Below, piece after piece: positions 51,121 to 62,329 of a stretch of DNA of 64,000 nt; the first letter of the stretch is position 1; the number at the start of each line of letters is the position of its first letter. A model generated the notes under the pieces. The model ran no database searches. It saw only the letters and a list, made by a program, of their open reading frames with translations, and was not told where the DNA came from. Origin of the DNA: Anthoceros angustus. Lineage: Eukaryota; Plantae; Anthocerotophyta. The stretch covers positions 186,001 to 250,000 of the forward strand of contig VJWM01000144.1 in NCBI GenBank assembly GCA_010909165.1, given 5' to 3'. The position numbers and the translations under genes are program-made.

Positions 51121-52759
51121 CCGAGTAATATTTTCAGTCACCAAGATCGTCCTTTGCAAGCGCAACGAAATGAGAATGTAAGCTTGAGATGTATAGTAAG
51201 TATATGTGGACTCTCATCCACGTGTTACGATTCTTTTTATTTTCAGGTCTTCTGCACCACCTGTTATTCAACATGAAAGCGGACCACAATACATTGTCAC
51301 CAACCGAATTTTTCTTGCACTATGTGGAGCATGCCACAAGTTCAGTTGGTCAAGTTCATTTGTTTTAGTTAGTTCATGTAGTTTAAAATGTGTATAACAA
51401 TGCATCAACAATGTGGTCTTCCGGTGAAATTCAATATGTTGACAAGGTTCGAATTTCTTTGTTGTTTGTTGTTTTTCATTTGGGGTCCTTCTAATTGTGT
51501 GCTTGTTGGCGATTCGAATCCACCACCGGTGTGAGCAGCGACACTTCCACGTTTCAACATTGAAGAAGCTCGATGGTGTGGATTCTGGCCCTTAGTTGGA
51601 GGGCATTGCCTCAAGTGATTGTTATCGACATCCAAGTTCGTGAGGAGAATCGTGGTTGCATTGCCACCTTTGGACATGGTATTGCGGTTGAGAATGCATG
51701 TAAATGCAAGCGGTTTGAGCGGCCGAGATCCGCCGAGAACGCAAGTTGGAGTATGATAAATGTAAACAGGCAATGGAGTTCAACGTCAAAAGGATTTGCA
51801 CCGATCCAAAGGCGGGCGTCGCGGTTGAACTGCGAGTTGCCAAGCAAAGAGAAAAAGCCCTTGAGATTCGGAGGAGAAGAAATGTGGAGAGAAGACAAGA
51901 GCACCTAAAACATCGAGAAGCTCAAGCGGCAGAAAGAGCAGAGATTCAAGATTGCGTGGCAAAGACAACAGACCAAGAATGAGAATGTGCCTCAAGATCC
52001 GCCACCGCCATGCGCGAAAATCCGTCGATCGGTAAGTGTACTTATGCTCTTTTAAATCAGTTCTAGCAGATTGAAAACTAATTACTGTGTTTAATTAGGT
52101 GTCCTTGCAGGAAGACAGATAATTTCTTCGAAGTCCTCAACTTCATCAATTTCTTGCCAACTATGATAATGTTGGACACGTTGTGCCAATCAAGCCAAGT
52201 GGTCGTAAAAATTTCATATTCAATTTGTACAATTGTACAGTCAATTTCCCAAAATAAGGTAAGTATTATTGCTCAAGTTTTTATGGTGTCCCTAGTTATC
52301 AGCCTAATTATTGTTTTGGTGCTAATTTACGTTTTGGTTTTAGGCTTTATCCGGTTGAAGTAGAGTTCAATCTATTCTGGTATTTACTTTGCATTACCTG
52401 AATTTGTATTTCATGCCATTTTGGATGTACAGGAAACTCTGCAAAGAAAACGTTTCTTTGTTGGTTTTTTGTATATCCTGGATCCGCATGAATATTACTT
52501 AACAGAAAAGGTTTTTGCGATTAGCGATATTAGTGGGATTTCTATAACGAGCTTCGAGAGTACCAGTGTGCACTTGGTGGTGATTATTTTTATCCTATTG
52601 TCATGCCCGTAATATTGAGGTGGATTATTTTCACCCCATTTGGCATACTTTTACTCGATTGTAATAAATTTTACTATATTGAGTAAAATAATGATCAAAA
52701 GGTCAATTCTCTCTCTAAAAATTCACCCTTCCCCTTAAAAACCAACGGGCGCGAGGCCC

Positions 52760-53870
52760 CTGACGAGACCGCGACTTTACGTGGAGATGGCTTCAATCTA
52801 ATGGTCCTTTCCTGTGTTTCCGAAATCGAGACCGAGCGCCTTCCTTGAGTTTGATGGAAGCTAGTTTCGAGCAGCCAGCAGCTTGAGAAGGTAAACTTAC
52901 CTCAAGGAATGCTGCTAGTTTGTCCCATAGCGATTTTGCGATGGCTGCCGCTTGACCGGCGTAATCCTATCTCCAATGTGAAGGATGAGCTCCGTGGGCC
53001 TCTAGAGGCATCCTTAATAATCCATGATGTGAAGGATGAGCTCCGCGTGTGCGAGGCATCCTTAATCCATGATGTGAAGGATGAGCTCCGTGGGCGAGGC
53101 ATCCTTAATAATCCATGCAGGTTCGTCTGCATGTCCTATGGCTGGTCTAGGTTCCGTGCCATCGACTACATACCATAGTGTTAGCTTTTTAAGGAGGGAT
53201 TCTACGCTTATTGACCATGTGGCATAATTTAGGTGTGTAAGTTTTTCTAGACGATAATTTCTTGCTTGTGTAGCAGAAAGGCTGGAGGATCCCATCGTAA
53301 AGGAGAGGAAGCCTTAAAGGTCTAGCAAGTGAATGTGATTGCAGTTCGCTGTAATTTGTGCAGGTTGACATTGTACATCTTTGCAATGCTGACAAAGGAA
53401 ATGTGGGACTTGGATTGTATCGACAAGTCGTTTCAGCAAGCTTGTGTCCTGCATTTTAAGTTTGTGGATCTGTCCTGAGAGGTTATGGAGCCTCTGTAAT
53501 TTACAGGATTGATATGATTGATTGTAGCCCTCCGTTGGAGACAATCATGGCTCTGATACCATGTGATAATGTGGGGAAAAGAAGTTATGGTCACTGATTT
53601 TGGTTTCTGGTTGAATGTCTGTGTGATGTACAATCAAGAGGCTACTTGTAGCATCTTGAGGAGTCAGTCTCGAAGACACACGTCTGTTCATCTAACGAGT
53701 CACGACCCTACGAACCTTGATCGGTTGCAGCTTACATGAATGCATCAATTAGCAACTGCAACTCGAGGGAGAGTTTTGTTCAGCATAGGACAAGGTAGGT
53801 AACGGCAATCGCGGAGTAGCTCATATGCATCTATGTTGGATCGCCTCACCTTCTGAGAGCCCTTTGAACA
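52760..53870 (-). mobile_element. Ty1/copia element #3, truncated: 5' LTR (~53562-53870), PBS, gag N-terminus
   Basis: Perfect PBS TGGTATCAGAGCC (53549-53561, minus strand) next to an LTR ending CA. gag EKLTHLNYATWSISVESLLKKLTLWYVVDGTEPRP (DUF4219/UBN2-like). Confidence 0.82.
52977..53116. repeat. 45-51-bp tandem triplication inside the copia #3 gag
   Basis: tgtgaaggatgagctccg...gaggcatccttaa(taa)tccatg three times. Confidence 0.9.
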
Positions 53871-53941
53871 TTCCCATCCCAGGTTGTTAGTTTATCCGCC
53901 AAAACACCGCCGCCAACAATTGATGGCCTGCCCGAATTCGT

Positions 53942-54199
53942 TACGCTATTGAATACTGAATCCTGAATCCTACGCTATTCGTTACGCTATTCAATCCTGA
54001 ATCCTACGCTATTCGTTACGCCATCCGATCCGGAATTCTACGCTATATTCAATCCAGAATCCTACGCTGTTCGTTACGCCATTCAATCCTGAATCCTACG
54101 CTGTTCGTTACGCTATTCAATCCTGAATCCTACGCTATTCGTTACGCTATTCAATCCTGAATCCTACGCTATTCGTTACGCTATTCAATCCTGAATCCT
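53942..54199. repeat. 34-bp minisatellite (tacgctattcgttacgctattcaatcctgaatcc), about 8 copies
   Basis: Head-to-tail units without spacers, ~260 bp upstream of the GTPase-vWA ORF. Confidence 0.93.
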
Positions 54200-54459
54200 C
54201 GACAGCGTTACCTGAGTCCTGAGTTGTCTTCCTCCAGTCTTCCAGTGTCCACCTAGTCGCGAATTGCCGGGCCAAAACCACGACGACTGCTTCTTGTGCT
54301 TGCAGCCGTTTTCTGAGTTGCTACTCGCTAGTACCTGGGGATCTGCAGGCAGAGCAAGTCAAGCTCGTGAGGTAGGTTGGTTGAGAGCTTGATTCATGAC
54401 AGTACCTCACTTGTCTGCGGTTTAGCCATCGAAGCACACTGACTGACACGTACCCTTGC

Positions 54460-57400
54460 TTGAAGCAGCAGGTTCCGGAGCTGTCATGGGAGGAGGTCCG
54501 ACGGAACCGTTGGAGGAAGTGGGAATTGAGCGACGATGACAGTGTGGCTCCCACGCGGCCTGACACCGAAAGAGGTCTTGCTGACCCAGGGGACTCCAGA
54601 TCAGTGATGACCTTTTCGGCGCCAGGAAGGGACGCGGCAGTGACGTTCCCTCCGGTGTGTGCTGGATCCTCACCTGCCAGGCCGGCCGTTGAGACGCTCG
54701 ACTCCCTCGTTTTGAGATGTGAGGAAGGGAGAATGATGCATTGGACAGAATGGAGTGCGATTCTCCTGTTGTTGTTGTTTCTGAGCCTTTTTGGGGTTGA
54801 GGCCGTTGCTAATGAAACCGCACGCCTGACGGACTTGGAGGATGTCGGAGAGGAGCTTGAAGGTGTCCCTCGGAATGTCGTGCGAGAGGTTGGAAAGGTG
54901 TCACCTGATGCTGGCAGCGATGCAACTGTAGAGGGCCCCACTTTGCACAGGTTCATGCACGTCAGGGCGGACAAGCTGGACCAGAGCTTTGTTGAGAAGG
55001 TCATCTTACCTCCGGATGAGATTGAGAAATTCTGCAATCACGTCAGGCTCAACTCAGCGGCATGCCGTGATGGAAAGACGCTGCTGGATTTCAATGCCTT
55101 GAACTATGCGTCTGTCCACGTTGTAGGACTGTATGGAAGTAAGAAGGTGCTCGCTCGAATTTTCTCGAAGCTTGGGTTTCAGAGCGTGGTGTCGTCGATG
55201 CTTGGCCCTCTGGATGTAGGGATTTATGGCTTTCTTCATCAGGGCGTATTGTTCATTTTCTATTGGCATGAGGGTGAACGAATGCTGGAGGCCTCCAGGA
55301 AGGACGTGTCTTGCAACTTCATTCGTTGTGTTGCAGACTTATGTGCGACTGTCTACATCTGCCTGGACGATGAAAACGATGTGGCCTTGTCGCTCATGAC
55401 CTCCGGCGCTCTATTGCTGCCTCTAAAACGCAGCGTACGCAGAGGGTGCAGATATCAGTGGTCAGGAGTCAGAGAACGATGTGAAGCTGCGCAAGGGCTT
55501 TCACAATCGTACTTTATTCTTCTCGAGAGAAGCCAGGCAATGTCCAGCCATCTTCCTGCTCGGAGCCAAGTCTCAGACTTGCTGGCGGTCTCCACCGTTG
55601 CGCTTTTCTCACTTCATCAGTTGTCCCTCCTAAGAAAATTGAGACGAGTCATCACAAGGTATTGGAGTGTCAACACTTGGCGCAGGTTGTTGAGGAATGG
55701 TCGGGCCTCTTCAATCTTGACTTCACTCAGCTAGATTACCTCGAATTTGGCCTGTTTTAGAACATGCGGGTCTTGAAGGAAGCAGAGACTATCGCTTGCT
55801 CAGGAGTCCCTCGAAGCAAGAAGAAAAGCTCAACATGGAAAGTTCTACGAGGTGGAGAAGCTTTTACAAGAGAAAGAAGAGATGCTTCTGAGCATCTTCA
55901 GCGGAGCTCAGCAAGCGTACTTGAAGCTCTATCACCCATGGGCAGAGAATCTGGTTGCTGCCTCTGAGGTTCACCCTTGTGGTGTTGCCTCCTTATGCAC
56001 GGAGTGTTCGTTTGAACCGAATGATCTGTTTGAGGCAGAAGCGGCCCTGGTTAACATCTGGACAGGTGATGGTGGCCTTCAACCAGGAGAAGATTCTCAA
56101 TGTTTCATTTTGTGGGCACAGAATTCCGAATGATAAAGGCCGACGGGACTACAGTGGTAAGCAATAGTGTTGACGAATTCATCGTGCATCGAATTTCCTC
56201 AACACGATCTTCAAGATCGGCAGGGCCGATCCGTTGTGGAGGAATTTGTGGTCAGACCCAAAGGTGCTGGAGCAGAGAACGATCTTGAGCTGACATGCAA
56301 GGCTGTGAAGGAGGATTTCCTGAAGGTCCAGTTTTGACGTCTCGAATTATGGAAGTCACCATCAACCATGTCGGTACCCGAATTCGAAGTCATAAGAACT
56401 TCAAAGTGATGCTTATCAAAGGAAAACCTTCAGGCGAAGGGATGCTAACATGGATGGACGCATATGGCCAGCCTGCTGTGCTTCCTATCGGGGAAGAATC
56501 GGTGCTCTGGTCTCTGCACTCAAAAACCTTCGTTTAACAGTGATGGCATCCGTTCTCGAGTTTTACACTATGCACAGGAGATCGTGATGTCGTCCGATCT
56601 TTTCAGCCTGTTCAAGGAGCGATTTTCAATACAATTTTCTGGCGCAGATTCTGATGGAAAACTCGGAATGCTGCAGGAGAGGTGTATCTGAGAGGACCTC
56701 TCAGGCCGTGGAAGCTCCGATCGACAAGTTCACCCCTGAGGAGGAGGAACTACTGCTGGTACTGGTGCGAAGGGTTTACGTTCAAGCCCGTGCTGAATTT
56801 TCGAGCGCATTAGAGACAATGGTGAAGAAGAAGTAGTCCCCTTGTTGAAGAAGAAGATCGAGTTTGAAGCAAAGCGTAACACTAACTTCTTCAAGCAGTC
56901 CTTCCAAAAGGAGGAAAGGCAATTCCTGACCAGGTTACAAGAGCAGCTGTCCAGGGGACACTTCGAGAACATTGTTTGTCCGTCCGAAGGTGTACCCTTC
57001 AGCGTGGTCAGAAAGAATCCGTCGTTGCTAAAGCTGTCAATTTTCTTTCAGGCCGCGGTGACAAGCTGCAGGTTTATTTTGTGTCAGAGCAAACAGACAG
57101 TCAGCGAATCGCCTGGAACATAGCCGAGCTTACACCAATGAAGAAGGACCTGGACGCTGCCATGTGCAATTCCGGGCACCTCATCATTCCCCAGTGTTCG
57201 GAAAACTGCAGGTTGATTGAGGTCGATCCACACTCAGAGAGGCTATTTCAAGTAGTTGCGGTGAAATCTGGTGAAGTTTTAGTGTTTGTGGAGGATCTTA
57301 AAGAGCCAGCACTTCATCTCTACCTGCTCCCGAGCTTGGGTGTAGAGATACAAGGCATGAATCCCGTCAAGAGATTCAAAAGGGGTTACGACCTTGTGGC

Positions 57401-60400
57401 AGTGGATGAAGTTTCAAAACTTGTTGGTTTGTATGATAGGGGATTGGCCAGAATTGACATCCTGCGCCTTGATGAATCCTTCCGCCACATGGACTGGTCT
57501 GGAGTTACGCTGAATCTTTCCGAGTACATCGGAATGAGGTTCTTAACTTCGATGTCCTTCATCCCTGGCAGGAGAGAATTGGTGCTGGTGGACGAAGAAT
57601 ACAAAGTTCGGTGTTCGATATCAGCACTGCCATGCTGAAGCCAGGGATATGCAGTTACCTGGTCCTGCCCATAAGATTTGTGTTTCCACAGATGGATCTT
57701 GTTTAATGGCCTTCTATAAGTCCCGTCCAGACGGACCTCCGGAAGCAGCAGAGGGGTTGACGGAAGCAGTGACCAGAGTGAACATAGAGAGCCTGGAATG
57801 GACGAGTCCGCTGAAGGTTCTTTAAAGATCGAGGTCTACTTGCTTGGCGAATCAGTATGTCATCTCAAGACACTCTACCTTGACTACGAAGTAACAGATG
57901 TAAGAAACATTGATGCAACCGTGGTAGCCTTCGGATCACAGGTCCATCTCGTACTTCTGGATGCGTCAAGGCCGGACAGAGGCATATGCTCAAACGTCAT
58001 TGAGATCACAACGGCCTTGGACGTCTGCCAGGTGCAACATATGCACAAAGGTCGACAAACTGGCATTGCCTCTGAAAGCACTGAAAAGGGTGGCCGTGGC
58101 TGTCCGGCTTTGGACTACATATATCAGATATTTGAGAAGTATTCGACGAGTGCCCTCTCATCCAGAGGACAAGAGATTTGCATCTGCATGTGGTTTTGCT
58201 GGAGAATCCAAGGAAAGCCAGGAGGCCTTGACGCAAGGCTCTGTGACTTACATCAAAGGTTCCATGGACAAGGCTGGCGAGAGATAAAGGGAAAGATTTC
58301 TCGCAGCTGAGGTTAGCTGTTTCCGCAGGCTCCGTGGATAGCTACATCGTCGATAACGTTCTTTTGGAGAGCACGGAAGGTAGAAACAGTGCGAATGTAG
58401 GAGACTGGATACGACTACTTGTTTGCCTCGTGCCAATTCAAGTAGCCGAGCCGAGAACAATACCTTGCGGCCTTTGGTAGACGGTCTGCAAAATCCCAAC
58501 CTGAATTATGCAGATGCACTGGGGCTTGCAGAGGCGCTACGATTTGGGTTCTACGACTCCGTGTTAGCCCATTGGTCTGGGGATATCAAAGTGATATCGT
58601 CCATGGGTAAGCAGAGCAGTGGCAAGTCCTACGTGCTCAACCATTTGGCTGGTTCGCTACTCGATGTGGCTGGAGGAAGATGCACAGACGGAGTATGGAT
58701 GACTATGCGTGCATCGGAAAGCTGCTTGTATGTTCTCCTTGACTTTGAGGGCCTGGGAAGCTTTGAGAGAAGCGAGCAGGAGGATATGCTCCTCTCTATT
58801 CTAAATGCAGCCGTGAGCAACATCACCATATTCAATAAAAGGTATGACATCCAATCTGACATTGTCAATTCGGTAATGATCATGAGTGGTACCATAACAC
58901 ACAGGGCTAACTACATGATCTGGACAGGATTTTCATCTGGACAAGGAAACAGAAGCTGTCTTTGAGCGCTTTCAGAATGGCGTAAGCTTGGTGAAGCAGG
59001 ACAGCCGGCTCTTTAAGGGCCTCTTCTATATGGCCATCAAAGACGTGGATACATCAGACGTCAATGACTTGAAAGCAGAGTTCTTAGCGAAGATACAGCA
59101 AATATGTCACAAATCTCAGGACAACTTTCTTACAAAGATGTACGGAGGGGCAGTTGAGATAGCAGCGATGCCACCCTTCCAAAGGCCCGAATATCAGGAG
59201 AGTGTTGCCGAGATAGCTGCAACTGTAGAGGAATCGGAAGCTGTCCACCACAATGGCAACAGCCTCGCAGTAGACCTGAAGCTGGTAATAGCTCAGATAA
59301 CTGCTAAGGATTGGTCTCCGATTGACTCAAGCGCTTAGCTTTAAAACTGGAGCTCCTGAAGAGACACATGACTGCAGCAGTTACTATGGGAAAGCTGATG
59401 AGCAAGGCAGACTATGTCCTGACAAACTTTGCAACGCAGGAGGAAGTGGCTGATATCCCTGTTGAGGTTGATGGTATGGTCTTCCATCTTAGTGACACTG
59501 ACTTGGAACTGTACCCTTACAAGGAGACTGAAGTGATGGGTAACATTCTTCAAACTCTAAATCACTATTTTCAAGGAGTAGAGAAGCGGACCGGTGTGGA
59601 TGATGACCGTTGGCACACGGCGTTCGAGAAATTTCTCATGGCATTGGCTGATAGACGGAGGAAGAGAATTATGGAATGGTTAAGATGCAACACAGCAGAG
59701 TTCCAGCAGGAGGATGGTGATGTTCAGAAGCTTCGTTTGGAAGCCATTGCCACATTGGCGGAGGTCAAGCAGAGTCTGTCCCTGTGTAGCAGCAAGTGCG
59801 AGAAGTGTTTTCTGAGATGCGTTCTTGATAAAGGTCATCCAGACCTGCATACCTGCAGGGGAACCATTACTGCTCGGCAGTCTGTACGTTTTGCCTTCAG
59901 GAGCAATCAACAGGCTTGCAGTCTAACGAGTGTTGCGATCTCTCGGGACATGAAGGCCCACACGACTGTAAGTCCCGGAGCCACACATGTGCGGAGTCTT
60001 GTTCTCTTCTCAAATCATCCAACTGCAACCGGACCTGTGCCATGAAGCCTGGACATGCTGGAGAGCACAGATGCAACACAAGCAGCACGTGTGTCCAGAG
60101 AAGTGTTCTCTATCGGAGTGTACCAACCTCTGCACTTTCAGTGTTGATTGTGGAGAACACGATGAACATGTTTGTCATGAAAGGATGTGTCCCATGACGT
60201 GCATCGTGGACGGATGCAACAGGAAGTGTGGGTTCGAGGACCACTTTCATTCTCTTACCTCTGCTGGGCATTTCTGCGGTAACGAACACACTTGCAAGGC
60301 GCAGTGTGAGGATGATGGAATATGCGAGATTCTGACAGAGGTGGTGAAGAAGTCCAAGGTTTTGTAGGGAAGCGATCTTCTTTTGAATACGAGCATGTGT

Positions 60401-61735
60401 CGGAGCAGAATGGGATCAGGAAAGGTTGCTGTATCCGATTCCACCCTGGGAGGCTAAACACGAGGGCCGGCACTGCCACACTGTCAACCCCAATGCAGTA
60501 CACTTTTGCACCACAAGATGTCCTGCTTGTGCATACTTCTGCAATCTTCCCATTGGGCATCTGGGCTTACATGACACCACACACGGGAACATGAGAGACG
60601 TCAATTTTGTGGCAGAGTCAGAGGACATCGACCTTGTGGACAGGAAATATGCTTGGGAGAATCTGGTGTGGCAGAAATTTGCCACATGCACTGTAGATCC
60701 CAAGGCCGCGGTCACATCCACTTGGTCGAGTGTGGTGGCCATGGAAGCAAGGGAGCAAGGCATCAGACCCGACAGTATGAGCGGCTCTGTAAGAACGGAG
60801 TTCTGGAGGAGCAAGGCATCAGACCAGAGAGTATGGTCCTGACACGACTGTCCCCAAAGATGAAATGACCCACGAGGCTTACTGGAAGCACTTGATGTTC
60901 AAGGATCCCTGCCAAGAAGATGATCGGAAGCAGTTCAAGATGTGCAGCCACCACTGCTGCTCCGAAGATCATTCATCTGCAACTGGGACCACGCAACAGC
61001 GATCCTACTGCACTGAGAAGTTGTGGCACAAACCTGTGAGCAGGACGGGATCCACTTCCAGCGTAGGGTACGTGTCGGAAGATGGCCATGCCTTCGAGTG
61101 CAGTCACTTGAAATATGCTCCAAGCCATGTGGTGTTCGTCATCGACAGGTCTGGCTCTATGGGCTACACAGACGTTAAGCCAACACTGGTGCAATTTGCA
61201 GCCTCCTTCAACAATCGACTGGGATGCGTGTACGAAGCCGTCCTCCGCTTCATCCGAACCCGGGTTGCGGGAGGTCAGCCGGATGTGGTGTCTGTTGTCT
61301 TTTCGATCGCAACGCCACCATCGCAGTGGAGAGGCAGCCCATCTCGGAGACGCTTGTAGACGGTCTCCTCCGATACGGCGTCAGTAAGGGGACCCATTAC
61401 TCGTGCGCCCTGGATCAGGTTCAGCAGATCCTGCAGCGAGCTTCAGTGGACGCCTCCATGCAAGCCAAACACCCTGCTGTCATCTTCCTGAGTGACGGTG
61501 AGAACATGGGTGGCACTGATCCGGTCGCCATGGTGAAGGACATGAAGGACCTCGACCACAAGCTGGTCTTCCACACCATCCTCTTCGGGGCAGACAACGC
61601 GGGGAGGAGCTATTGAAGAGGATGGCATCCGCAGGCGCGGGGACCTATCAGGTCAGCATCGACGAAGTGCAGCTCGCAAGGAGCTTTGAAGATCTAGCGA
61701 AGACCCTGAGGCCGAAGGTTGCTTCCCTCATGTAA
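54460..61735 (+). CDS. Giant (~2,300 aa) VLIG/GB1-RHD3-type P-loop GTPase + Cys/His-rich (NF-X1-like) repeats + C-terminal vWA domain; frameshifts probably partly artefactual
   Basis: G1 GKQSSGKS at 58606-58629, GGRCTDGVW, G3 DFEG at 58741. Intron 58842-58927. Cys-rich CSSKCEKCFLRC..GH..CDLSGHEGPHDC..C.LP.GH.GLH.T.HG at 59780-60600. MIDAS VFVIDRSGSM at ~61132-61160, IFLSDG. Stop TAA at 61733-61735. Start position uncertain. Confidence 0.85.
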
Positions 61736-62329
61736 TGTAGCCTTTTTGTATCATCGGCCTGTCATCTGCAGACTTCCAAGTGGGAAGTCAGATGTGCAGA
61801 GAGTATGTATTGCATGCTGCAGTTCATTGCCTTCAATTGGGACAGACTTTTGGATCTCGTGGCGAATTTCGTTGGTGACCTGTGGAGGCCTACCGTATTG
61901 GGCTAGAAGTGTTCAAGTGTTCATCCCGACCATTTTCCAATGCTGCCCGACTCAAAGCATGCAGCATAACTGTGATGAGAGCATGGCAAGCACCTTGCAA
62001 GCATTGGTGCTTGCAAGGGTTCCTGTGACGGAAGGCCATAACCAGCATTCTTGCACTGCATATCTGAAATTCTGAATACAATCTCAGGGTCTCGCATGGT
62101 TGCCATGGAAACAAATATCGAGCAGCCAATTAGGTACTCCTGCTAAGCATCCGGTGCATCCATCCCTGAATGATCATGATCCCAGTTTTCTACGGGCTTG
62201 CTCAATCTAAAAACCATCCTTTCTGACCCAGCAGACACCTAACAAAAGCTTGCTTGCAATTCGCCTAGCTCAACAGAAATCAGTACATAAGCATCTGTGC
62301 AGGAGCATCATTCAACTGAATGTCACTGC

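Noticed and set aside
51573-51995. GRF-type zinc finger plus coiled coil downstream of the recombinase
   Set aside because: Cys spacing and NPGR motif too degenerate to support a call.
53549-53561. tRNA gene
   Set aside because: It is only the 13-nt primer-binding site complementary to tRNA-iMet. No tRNA or rRNA genes were recognised in the window.
53942-54199. CRISPR-like array (34-bp repeats)
   Set aside because: Units are head-to-tail with no unique spacers, there are no cas genes, and the context is eukaryotic.
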